From contig JANQEN010000251.1 in assembly GCA_028278335.1 (NCBI GenBank), positions 2,925 to 66,924 of the forward strand: DNA of 64,000 bases, given 5' to 3'. Positions within the stretch are counted from its first letter, which is position 1. Each line of letters opens with the position of its first letter. The notes beneath the pieces were generated by a model. The model was not told the DNA's origin. It was given only the letters and a program-made list of their open reading frames with translations, and searched no databases. Positions 38,132 to 46,309 of the stretch are shown here, piece by piece. Source of the stretch: Chitinivibrionales bacterium. Lineage in GTDB: Bacteria > Fibrobacterota > Chitinivibrionia > Chitinivibrionales > JANQEN01. Both the position numbers and the translations under genes were made by a program.

Positions 38132-38944
38132 ATGGATATTTCCCCAGAAAATAAGTGGTCAATTACGCAAGTGATATATCAAGAGATTCTTGATGAGATC
38201 TATTCACACTTTGAAACAATTAAAGTAAGGTATATGCCAATAAAGGGGGCCTATTTATTATACAGTGGGTTGGCAGACAAAATGCAAAAGCGTTCTATCA
38301 GCGATATAGATCTTCTGATTTGTGAAGAGGATAAGCAAAAGGTCTTTAATTTTTTTGAATCTCTTAGCAACATAGAGGTTAAAACAAACTTTGCAAATAA
38401 TTACAGAACAACCGAAGCTGCATTTTGGTATACTTTGGGGGAAGTACGTATAATTGTCGAGTTGCACACAGAGCTAAATGTTACTAGTAGATTTTACCTT
38501 CCCACAGAAGAACTCTTCCAACGGTCAATAGCTAAGGATCAGTTTGTGCGAGTTCCATCTCTTGAAGATAGTCTTCTCATTTTTTTATGCCATTTGCAAA
38601 CTCACATTACCTTTGAGTTTAAAGAGACAAATTTAGAAGAGATTCATCTCTTATCTGAACAAAAAGGTTTTTCCTGGACGACTTTCTGGGCTATAGCAGG
38701 AAATACTGGTATTTTACCCTTTCATTATTTTATTCTTAGAATATATGAAAAGGCATATCTTACCAATGTTAATAGCCCAAAACGATTTCTATATTCTGAT
38801 TTTCTTGTTATACTTTTCAATTGTAACATATATACTTTCAGTCCACAGTGGATAAAACGCTTACTCTTTGAATTACCTTTTGTCATGAATCCTTGGTGGT
38901 TAATTAAACAAAAAATAGGAAGAGGGAAGAAAAAACACATATAA
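38132..38944 (+). CDS. Uncharacterised nucleotidyltransferase family protein (NTP_transf_5-like)
   Basis: 270 aa. YMPIKGAYLLYSGLADKMQKRSISDIDLLICEED gives the G-x(n)-R-x-x-x-DIDLL pattern of that family. Confidence 0.65.
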   Translation: MDISPENKWSITQVIYQEILDEIYSHFETIKVRYMPIKGAYLLYSGLADKMQKRSISDIDLLICEEDKQKVFNFFESLSNIEVKTNFANNYRTTEAAFWYTLGEVRIIVELHTELNVTSRFYLPTEELFQRSIAKDQFVRVPSLEDSLLIFLCHLQTHITFEFKETNLEEIHLLSEQKGFSWTTFWAIAGNTGILPFHYFILRIYEKAYLTNVNSPKRFLYSDFLVILFNCNIYTFSPQWIKRLLFELPFVMNPWWLIKQKIGRGKKKHI

Positions 38945-38945
38945 T

Positions 38946-39806
38946 ATGAATGTCGAAGAAACTATAAAAACGATACAACCAAATCAACGTTTTAATTCGA
39001 ATGTGATGAGTTCTTTTTTTGGGGCACTTAGAAATATAGTTCTCTATAGGGACCTTGTTTTTCAACTCTTTAAAAGAGACTTTTTTGCGGTGTATAAAAA
39101 ATCTTTTATAGGGTATGCTTGGATTGCCATCTCTCCTCTTGCCAGTATTATATCCTGGATTTTTCTTCATAGTACTAATATCATCAACCCCGGTGATGTT
39201 GGTGTTCCCTATCCCATATACGTTTTAATTGGTACTATGATGTGGGGGCTATTTATGGGTGTGTTTAGTTATGTGATGAATACCATGGATATTTACCGAT
39301 TTATGATAATGAAAGCTACATTTCCTCATGAAGTTCTTTTTACAGCTCAGATCCTCATTCGATTAAGTCAATTCGCTCTTTCATTTTTAATCACTGTAAT
39401 TGTTCTCCTATTTTTTAAAGTAATCTCTCTGGTTGGACTGTTATTGTTCCCAATTATTCTTTTGCCTTTAGTTCTCTGTTCCATAGCATGTGGTCTTTTT
39501 GTCTCTATTTTATCGGTAATTTCCTATGATTTCAAACGGATTGTAATGGCTGCAATCGGATTAGTGATGTTTATCACTCCTGTTATTTACTCGATTGAGG
39601 CAATTCAAAATGTTTGGATAAAAAAGATGATTCTTCTCAACCCATTGACCTATCTTATCTGTTCTGCCCGTGATATTATTTTGTTCAATAGAGTATATGG
39701 TCTTAATCATTTTATCCTAAGTTCATTGGCTTCGCTTGTCCTCCTTGTGATTTCATGGAGAATATTTTATGTATCAGAAGATAAAATAGTTGAGAGGATG
39801 ATATAA
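38946..39806 (+). CDS. ABC-2 type exporter permease (Wzm/TagG-like)
   Basis: 286 aa with six predicted TM helices and an ABC-2 layout. It sits immediately upstream of the ATPase gene (2-nt gap). Confidence 0.8.
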   Translation: MNVEETIKTIQPNQRFNSNVMSSFFGALRNIVLYRDLVFQLFKRDFFAVYKKSFIGYAWIAISPLASIISWIFLHSTNIINPGDVGVPYPIYVLIGTMMWGLFMGVFSYVMNTMDIYRFMIMKATFPHEVLFTAQILIRLSQFALSFLITVIVLLFFKVISLVGLLLFPIILLPLVLCSIACGLFVSILSVISYDFKRIVMAAIGLVMFITPVIYSIEAIQNVWIKKMILLNPLTYLICSARDIILFNRVYGLNHFILSSLASLVLLVISWRIFYVSEDKIVERMI

Positions 39807-39808
39807 AA

Positions 39809-40582
39809 ATGTCTCATGATCCCACTAGGCAAATCAATCTTTCAATTAATGATGTTTCAAAAAAGTTTTGTAAAAATTTAAAAAGAAGTCTGGTGTATGG
39901 TATCCTTGATGTGGTAAAAAGCTCCTTGGGAATACGACCAGATACCAAAATATTACGCAAAGATGAGTTTTGGGCTGTAAACAATCTTTCAATAGATGTT
40001 GATAAAGGTGACGTTCTTGGTGTTGTTGGCAAAAATGGATCCGGTAAAACTACCCTGTTGCGAATGCTTGCCGGTATATTACCGCCAGACACGGGCAGTG
40101 CAAAAATAACAGGACGCCTATCTTCACTCTTGTCAATGGGGATTGGATTTCATCCTTATATGACAGTTTTGGAAAATATTTATATTAACGGTACAGTCAT
40201 GGGAATGCGACGAAGAGAGATTGATGAACGACTTGATTACATCGTTAGCTTTTCCGGGGTTGGTGATTTTATTCATGCCCCAGCTGGAGCACTTTCTACT
40301 GGCATGAACGTAAGGCTTGGTTTTTCGATTGCCCTGGCTGTTCAACCAGATATTTTTTTAATTGACGAGGTGTTGTCTGTTGGCGATCAGAGTTTTAGGA
40401 AAAGATGTGTTGAGGAAATAAAAAATAACTGTAAACAGACAATAGTTATTTTTGTTTCCCATAATATGGATATGATCAGGCAACTTTGTAATCGAATAAT
40501 TGTAATGGAAAAAGGTGTGATTGTTTATGACGGAAAGAATGTCGCTGAAGGTGTTCAATTCTATGACTCTCAAAAAAACTAA
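39809..40582 (+). CDS. ABC exporter ATP-binding protein (Wzt/TagH-like, no C-terminal extension)
   Basis: 257 aa. Walker A GKNGSGKTT, signature LSTGM, Walker B IFLIDEV, H-loop SHN. Confidence 0.88.
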   Translation: MSHDPTRQINLSINDVSKKFCKNLKRSLVYGILDVVKSSLGIRPDTKILRKDEFWAVNNLSIDVDKGDVLGVVGKNGSGKTTLLRMLAGILPPDTGSAKITGRLSSLLSMGIGFHPYMTVLENIYINGTVMGMRRREIDERLDYIVSFSGVGDFIHAPAGALSTGMNVRLGFSIALAVQPDIFLIDEVLSVGDQSFRKRCVEEIKNNCKQTIVIFVSHNMDMIRQLCNRIIVMEKGVIVYDGKNVAEGVQFYDSQKN

Positions 40583-40692
40583 ATCAGATATCTTCGCAGG
40601 ATCCGATTTGAGTAACAAGAATATCATCCACTGAAAAAACCTTATTAAATCGAAATTGATAAAGAAAATGCTGAAAAGAGCACAAGCCCATT

Positions 40693-42513
40693 TTGTCAAA
40701 GAAATCAAATAAATCAACGAATAAGGGTGTTGTCCGCCAAGCTTTCTATACTGAAGTAGTTTCTACCTTACAAGACTATTTCGGTGAATTGTCGATTCCT
40801 TATATGCCAATAAATGGTTTTTATTTTTTTTCACAAAATCAGAGCAATGATTTCATTCCAGAAAGCCTATTCGAATCAGTCGACGTAGTAATTCTTCAAA
40901 AGGATTTCGCTAAGGCAGTTGCCTTTTTTAGAGGACTTGGTACTACAACGAAAATTGCTGAACTTCCATCAAAATATGTATTTGCACTATCAATTGACGG
41001 TGTGGGAGTAATTAGAGTTGAATTAATTATTCAAGTAATTTTTCCTTTAAATGGTACCCTTTCTGCAGAGGAGCTTTTTTCGAAGAGCAATGAAAAAGGA
41101 TCACCATTAACGTCGTATCCCTCTTCGGAAAATGCGCTCTTACTTCTTGTTAATAAAGCTTTTCATTTTGCTGACCAATTAATTGATAAAGAGATAATCC
41201 TTAACTCTTTTACATTATTAGATTCTCCAAATTTTAACAAAAAGCAATTTGAAAAATTAATCATCAAATTTTTACTTGGGCAATTTTTTATATATCTCAA
41301 TAATATTTTATATAAAAAACAAAAGGTAACCCTAGTCAATATTAAAATCGGTCTATACCCCAAAATTTTAACACTTTGTAGGATGTATAAAATCTACTCA
41401 ATAGTACCAAGAATTTTGAGAAAGTTCATTTATAAGGCATTATTAACAGATAAACCTTTTAGGTATCTGTTTAATCATTTAGTAAATGGGATGAAGAACA
41501 GAACTGTTGAAAAATTAAACCATTTGTATAATAAAATGATAAATATCATTGCGCGAAAGTATATAATCGAGAATGAGAATACTGTATTTAACACAATTAT
41601 GGCCTCATCAAATAGAAGGTTAGGAGAATACTCATTAAATTTTGCCATAGATGAGGAGTTTATCATTGGAACATCCTCCGGATTGTGGTATCTTAAATGT
41701 GATACTCTTTATCAATTGACCTTTGCCTCAAGCTATGGGGTTACCTATGATGGTAAGCGCTGGTATGCAAATCAAAATCTTGGTCAATTTAGTAGAATTA
41801 TCTCCTTTGAAATTGATTGTGAAGGAGAAAGACCAATAATTTATAATCCACAATACCTTTGGTTGGGATTACCAAAAAGTATACATCAAATTGATTATTA
41901 TGATGGGACGATTTATGTTGTTGATACCTTAAACAATCGGATTATTACTATTGACAAACAAGGTAAGAAACAGTTCTACTCCCATAAAACAGAAAGTAAA
42001 AGGCCCTCTGTCAACAATCATTTTAATTCATTATTTTTAACTGATTCATTTATATACCTTTGTGCTCACAATGGCACATTAAAACCAAAAAGATACTCAG
42101 AAATATATGTGCTTTGTAAAGAAACAATGAAACTCTGTAATATCATTACCACTACTGCAGGAAATGCTCATAACATTCTTTTGAAGAATGAATGTTTATT
42201 CTATTGTGACTCACTTGCTGGAACATTGATGCAAGATAAAAATGATCTTTTTAAAGCTGAAGATACATTCTTACGGGGACTTGCCTATTCTGAAAAATCA
42301 ATTGTTTTAGGGGGCTCTGGATTTGCCAGGCGAGATGCACGAACATCCACTGATGGTGCTCTTTTTGTACTTACCCCTGATTTTATCCTGAAGTATTCAG
42401 ATACACTCAATCATATTGGCCAGATATACGAAATCCGTTGTGTCAATGGCGACTATGGGTTGTCAGAGTATTCAAAAAAGAATGCAAGGCTAATGTCAGC
42501 AGTTTCTGTGTAA
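40693..42513 (+). CDS. NTP_transf_5-like N-terminal domain (degenerate acidic motif) fused to DUF4915/TIGR03032-like beta-propeller-type domain
   Basis: 606 aa with a TTG start. The N-terminus is paralogous to 38132-38944 (..SIPYMPINGFYFF..), but DIDLL is replaced by VDVVIL. The C-terminal ~280 aa (..YVVDTLNNRIITID.., FLRGLAYSEKSIVLGGSGFARRD.., IYEIRCV) resemble the family often found beside sulfotransferases. The assignment is by recall. Confidence 0.55.
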   Translation: MSKKSNKSTNKGVVRQAFYTEVVSTLQDYFGELSIPYMPINGFYFFSQNQSNDFIPESLFESVDVVILQKDFAKAVAFFRGLGTTTKIAELPSKYVFALSIDGVGVIRVELIIQVIFPLNGTLSAEELFSKSNEKGSPLTSYPSSENALLLLVNKAFHFADQLIDKEIILNSFTLLDSPNFNKKQFEKLIIKFLLGQFFIYLNNILYKKQKVTLVNIKIGLYPKILTLCRMYKIYSIVPRILRKFIYKALLTDKPFRYLFNHLVNGMKNRTVEKLNHLYNKMINIIARKYIIENENTVFNTIMASSNRRLGEYSLNFAIDEEFIIGTSSGLWYLKCDTLYQLTFASSYGVTYDGKRWYANQNLGQFSRIISFEIDCEGERPIIYNPQYLWLGLPKSIHQIDYYDGTIYVVDTLNNRIITIDKQGKKQFYSHKTESKRPSVNNHFNSLFLTDSFIYLCAHNGTLKPKRYSEIYVLCKETMKLCNIITTTAGNAHNILLKNECLFYCDSLAGTLMQDKNDLFKAEDTFLRGLAYSEKSIVLGGSGFARRDARTSTDGALFVLTPDFILKYSDTLNHIGQIYEIRCVNGDYGLSEYSKKNARLMSAVSV

Positions 42514-42520
42514 AATCCTT

Positions 42521-43378
42521 ATGAAACCACGAACAATCATTCTCCTAAGTGCGCCACGATGTGGTACTTCAGCAGTACATTCGGTCTTTAATAAGCACCC
42601 CGAGGTCCATGCATTTTTTGAACCAAATTTTTGGAGTTTGGCTGTTCATGCATTAGAGGGACGACCTGAAAAACTTAAGCTGCGTTTCAAAAGGGAATTC
42701 TCTTCTATTGTGTTACCAACAACCTTTACTGAAGAGTCGATATTTGCTTTATGGGATTCAATTCTTGAAAGATATGGTCCAATAGTGTTTGAAAAAACCC
42801 CCTTTTATTTAGCAAATGAAAAAGCATTGTCACTGATCAAGAAGTATCGAAATATGGGAAACGATGTTAGGTTTGTTGGGCTAATTCGTGATCCTCGCGA
42901 TGCCATTACAAGTCAACATGAGTTGTGGGGTGGTGCTCTTTTTAAAGCTAAACTAAAGAACCGTGAAGCGTTTTGGCTAAAGAAGTTTAAGACTTTAAAA
43001 AGTCTACAAAAGGAGTTTGATGATTTTCCTCTATTTCGCTATGAAGACCTTGCTCAATATCCTGCACAACATTTCCCAAGGATGTTTGATTTTTGTGAGA
43101 TAAGAGATGAACCATCAAGCTATACACACCTAAAGCCAGTTAGTGTAGGACGATACTTTGTATCGATAAATCCAGCGGTTCGTCGATGGAAGATGGGTGA
43201 GGAGTTTAGAGCACATCTAAATCACCTTGGTTATATCCACAACCCATTGACAATCAAAAGATGGCTCTATTTGTTTTTTTCTGGCGTATTGAATGAATTG
43301 AAAAGATTGTGGAATGTTTTTCTAAAAAGAAGAAAGCGAATAAAAAGAAGAAAAACTGTACCAAGTACGAGCAATTAG
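42521..43378 (+). CDS. Sulfotransferase family protein
   Basis: 285 aa. It has the PAPS loop LLSAPRCGTSAV and a second motif LIRDPRDAITS (3'-PB-like), with a lysine-rich tail. Confidence 0.75.
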   Translation: MKPRTIILLSAPRCGTSAVHSVFNKHPEVHAFFEPNFWSLAVHALEGRPEKLKLRFKREFSSIVLPTTFTEESIFALWDSILERYGPIVFEKTPFYLANEKALSLIKKYRNMGNDVRFVGLIRDPRDAITSQHELWGGALFKAKLKNREAFWLKKFKTLKSLQKEFDDFPLFRYEDLAQYPAQHFPRMFDFCEIRDEPSSYTHLKPVSVGRYFVSINPAVRRWKMGEEFRAHLNHLGYIHNPLTIKRWLYLFFSGVLNELKRLWNVFLKRRKRIKRRKTVPSTSN

Positions 43379-43548
43379 GAAAGAGTCGCTGTCGTTCCAC
43401 CACATTCACAATCATAACCCAAATGTGCAAAGTCGACATATCCAGCGGGATATAGGAGGTCGCCAGGTCCAACATCACACCCTGCATGCATCATTTCCAC
43501 AACAAAGGGTTCTGTTTCAATTTTTGGTTTTTCGTAGGGTTTTTTCAT
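43375..43548 (-). CDS. Candidate RiPP precursor peptide (57 aa), unannotated
   Basis: ATG 43548 to TAA 43375-43377 gives MKKPYEKPKIETEPFVVEMMHAGCDVGPGDLLYPAGYVDFAHLGYDCECGGTTATLS. It is the last cistron of the kinase-PqqD-rSAM-S24 operon. It overlaps the S24-like ORF by 32 nt, and its stop overlaps the convergent sulfotransferase stop. It has a leader-like N-terminus, a Cys/Gly/Tyr-rich C-terminus and a C-terminal Ser. Confidence 0.6.
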   Translation of the reverse strand: MKKPYEKPKIETEPFVVEMMHAGCDVGPGDLLYPAGYVDFAHLGYDCECGGTTATLS

Positions 43549-44026
43549 TTTTTGAATCCAGTTTATAGAGTAGAGAGTTTAGTTTGTTTCTAAATCGTTC
43601 TTTCTTGAACCGTACTTTATTTTCTTTAATATATATCCAATTAATTAATCTAAAAAGAAAAAGAATTCTCCAGTTTTGTTGATATTTTGCTTCTCCAATA
43701 ATAGCATTTAATTGTACAATTTCAACTTTTTGAGAATAATCTCCAATAAAAAAGGCATTGTTTTTTATAATATTAATTAGACGATGGAGGAGGAGTTGAT
43801 TTTTATAAATAAAAAGATAGCATTGCCCCTTTTTTAGTGAATGCTTGCTTTGAGTCACTACAACTGTTGTTCCATTAGTATACAAAGGCCACATAGAGTA
43901 ACCTTTTACTGTAATTGAGCAATCATTTTTGCCATCAAATAGAATGTGTTTAACAAGCTTTGGGCTTTCTGAAATCATCAATTCACTTGCTATATTGATT
44001 GTGTAATTGCTCGTGCATAGTTGCAT
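43517..44026 (-). CDS. S24/S26-type (LexA/signal-peptidase-like) serine peptidase homologue
   Basis: 169 aa with the GYSMWP nucleophile motif followed by a beta-rich core. The internal Met at 43978 (MISESPKL) would remove the 37-nt overlap with the rSAM gene and may be the true start. Confidence 0.65.
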   Translation of the reverse strand: MQLCTSNYTINIASELMISESPKLVKHILFDGKNDCSITVKGYSMWPLYTNGTTVVVTQSKHSLKKGQCYLFIYKNQLLLHRLINIIKNNAFFIGDYSQKVEIVQLNAIIGEAKYQQNWRILFLFRLINWIYIKENKVRFKKERFRNKLNSLLYKLDSKNEKTLRKTKN

Positions 44027-45045
44027 ATTTGATTTGAGACATTTTTAAACTGACCAGACTCTGTATGTATTTGTCCTAAACAGATATTACAAACCTTGCT
44101 ATGTTCACAGGTATTACAGGGACAAAGATCTGATCTTCGAAGGTCCTTTAATTCTTGTAATACCGTGGAGTCTTGGATTAGATCGTAGAAAGAGCCCTGT
44201 TGAAGAAGATTTGTAATTTTTAAGTTTCGAAAAGCATTACAGGGATAAATATCACCATTTACGCCGACACAAATGTTCTTATATATACCTTTACAAATCA
44301 ACAACTCATTATTAGGTACAGTTTTGTTTCTTATGTTTTGAAAATGATTCTTTTCGTGTTCTAAAAAAGTTTCAGGTGCATTGTTACAAATTGTTTGATA
44401 AAATGAATGGGTAGTGAATCTTTTAGTTTCCACTGATTGACATATATCTTGAGTGATTATTTTATGCAAGCCAGAGCGAATAGTATATCCTTGCTTTTTA
44501 AAAAATGTATATGTTTCTTTGAACTCCTTTAAATTAAAATCTAACAAATTAAAGCCAAAATGGATATATACCCCAGCATCCTTAAGTTTTGATGCTGTTT
44601 CTAACATTTTTCTTTGTCCTTCATCAACTCCCAGGTATTTGTCATGTAAATCAGCATGGTGTGAGAAAAGGGAAAACTGAAGACTTGAGATATAGGATTT
44701 GTGATTTATTAAAAATTCAATATGCTTCTCAGTTAATAAGGTGCCATTAGACAGAATACTGATATGCCAAAAATCTTTTTTGATTGCATATTCAAGTATT
44801 TCTAGAATGTCATCTCTAATAAAGGGTTCTCCACCAGTAATCACAAGGGTCGCAATACCAGCCTCAGTTAGTTTGTCAAGTATGCCAAATGTCTTTTCTG
44901 TAGATAAATCAGGTATGTTTTTCTCGGATATATAACAATAGTTACAACAAGCATTGCATCGATGTGTTATTTCGAAGGTTGCACTGGAATAAAAGTTTTG
45001 CAATCCAAGGGACAGCAATTTTCTGCTAATGCTGTTTTCTTTCAT
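43990..45045 (-). CDS. Radical SAM / SPASM-domain peptide-modifying enzyme
   Basis: 351 aa. It has CNACCNYC (CX3CX2C), the GGEP motif (ITGGEPF) and a C-terminal auxiliary-cluster region GDIYPC ... CPCNTCEHSKVCNIC ... C. Confidence 0.88.
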   Translation of the reverse strand: MKENSISRKLLSLGLQNFYSSATFEITHRCNACCNYCYISEKNIPDLSTEKTFGILDKLTEAGIATLVITGGEPFIRDDILEILEYAIKKDFWHISILSNGTLLTEKHIEFLINHKSYISSLQFSLFSHHADLHDKYLGVDEGQRKMLETASKLKDAGVYIHFGFNLLDFNLKEFKETYTFFKKQGYTIRSGLHKIITQDICQSVETKRFTTHSFYQTICNNAPETFLEHEKNHFQNIRNKTVPNNELLICKGIYKNICVGVNGDIYPCNAFRNLKITNLLQQGSFYDLIQDSTVLQELKDLRRSDLCPCNTCEHSKVCNICLGQIHTESGQFKNVSNQICNYARAITQSI

Positions 45046-45055
45046 ATTAAGAATT

Positions 45056-45316
45056 CTATGAAAAGGATATAATATGCTTTTCTTCTAACTCCTTAATAAA
45101 TTCCCTCACATCTTTTAAAGCTGAGGAACTGTCAATTTCATAGTGCTGAACAATTGCATTCGCGATCTCTAACTCATTTTCTTTAGTTGAAATTTGTTCC
45201 CAAATGAAGCTTCCCACTTTATTAAAAGTGTGGATCCTAGAAAGCTTTCGATCGAAGATAAAGATCTCTTCACCAATTCTTTTTATTGAGAGGCTGTCAC
45301 CTATGGTTATGTTCAT
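45056..45316 (-). CDS. PqqD-family protein (RiPP recognition element-like)
   Basis: 86 aa. ..IGEEIFIFDRKLSRIHTFNKVGSFIWEQI..EIANAIVQHYEID...ALKDVREFIKELEEKHII is the classic PqqD winged-helix pattern. Confidence 0.85.
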   Translation of the reverse strand: MNITIGDSLSIKRIGEEIFIFDRKLSRIHTFNKVGSFIWEQISTKENELEIANAIVQHYEIDSSSALKDVREFIKELEEKHIISFS

Positions 45317-45327
45317 ACCATTTCTTT

Positions 45328-46245
45328 CTATATGAAGGTGTCAATTTTATCAATCATATCAACTCCTAAATTAAAATATAAATTTTCCATATCGATCTTT
45401 TTACATATTTTCTCAGTATTTTCAATCATCAATTCACTAAAGGACTGAGAAGTAGGAAAAGTATAAATGTTCTTAAAAAGAGATTTGAATCTTTCTGAAC
45501 GGGGGAGAGTTTCTGTGCTATTCGCATCACCTCTCTTTAAGAAAAAGATTTTTTTTAAAAAGGCTGATGTTTTGTTGCAGTAGACCAATTTTTGAGCGGT
45601 AGTAAATGGTGTTGAATAAACTTTGTAATCATTTTTCTCGGGCATTATGATGTTGTATTCATCATTTAACAAAGTCCATTTCTTATGCAATAAAAGACCT
45701 ATTGTTGTTTTACCAATATTAGATGGGCCACAAAAAATGATTCCTTTTCCTTTCCTATCAGATAAGGCTGAGCAGTGATAGGGAATCCCTCCCCTTTTTA
45801 AAGCTAGTAAGGAGCTAATGAGTTTAAGGGCTCTTATTATTTGAAAATCTATTGAATCATCTTCAGAATGATTGGAAATATGAAGATATGCCTCTTTTTG
45901 ATTCCAAAAGATTTTATAGAACCAATGATTTTTTTGAAATAAAAAAGATTCTTCGTCTTCATGGTAGAGTGTTTCAAATCTTTTTTCTGATTCACATTCC
46001 TTGATAAATTTACTATTTGGAGGTAAAATTTTTACCGTAAAATCAAAATTATTGCTTTTTAGTGATTTGTAGGTATTAATTATCTGCTGCAGATATGGCG
46101 ATTTTTCAACGGACTTACTTTGGTCTATTATTTTAAGTGGAATGGTTGCAATAGCTATAATCATACAATATAAAGGAAAACTGCAATTTTTTAAGCATCT
46201 TAATTGTGGTTCTATTGAAAATAATTTATGATAGCCTATTTCCAT
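45328..46245 (-). CDS. HprK-related (HPr kinase C-terminal-like) P-loop kinase
   Basis: IPYHCSALSDRKGKGIIFCGPSNIGKTTIGLLL matches the HprK-like H..A....G.G....G.SG.GKS/T core. The track ORF begins at TTG 46278, inside the flagellin terminator hairpin. I place the start at ATG 46245 (MEIGYHKL), but this is uncertain. Confidence 0.75.
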   Translation of the reverse strand: MEIGYHKLFSIEPQLRCLKNCSFPLYCMIIAIATIPLKIIDQSKSVEKSPYLQQIINTYKSLKSNNFDFTVKILPPNSKFIKECESEKRFETLYHEDEESFLFQKNHWFYKIFWNQKEAYLHISNHSEDDSIDFQIIRALKLISSLLALKRGGIPYHCSALSDRKGKGIIFCGPSNIGKTTIGLLLHKKWTLLNDEYNIIMPEKNDYKVYSTPFTTAQKLVYCNKTSAFLKKIFFLKRGDANSTETLPRSERFKSLFKNIYTFPTSQSFSELMIENTEKICKKIDMENLYFNLGVDMIDKIDTFI

Positions 46246-46247
46246 TG

Positions 46248-46285
46248 AATAAAAACGGGTTTGATCCATATGGACCAAACCCGTT
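46248..46285 (-). terminator. Intrinsic terminator / attenuator hairpin downstream of flagellin
   Basis: On the minus strand: AACGGGTTTGgTCCATATGGAtCAAACCCGTT (a near-perfect 32-nt palindrome, 46254-46285) followed by TTTATT. Confidence 0.7.
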
Positions 46286-46309
46286 ATGTTTATATAATGT
46301 AAAACAGTT

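Noticed and set aside
43254-43487. 77-aa minus-strand track ORF (MQGVMLDL...FFFFLFAFFFLEK...) in the convergent junction.
   Set aside because: It is mostly antisense to the lysine-rich tail of the sulfotransferase gene, so the poly-Phe run is the complement of poly-Lys. It has no start context. The alternative frame gives the compact 57-aa peptide, which fits the operon.
37808-46285. Classifying the locus as a lasso-peptide cluster because of the HprK-like kinase, PqqD, nucleotidyltransferase and sulfotransferase.
   Set aside because: No asparagine-synthetase-like lasso cyclase and no transglutaminase-like B2 protease occur anywhere in the 64 kb. An rSAM/SPASM enzyme and an S24-like peptidase occupy the core positions instead.
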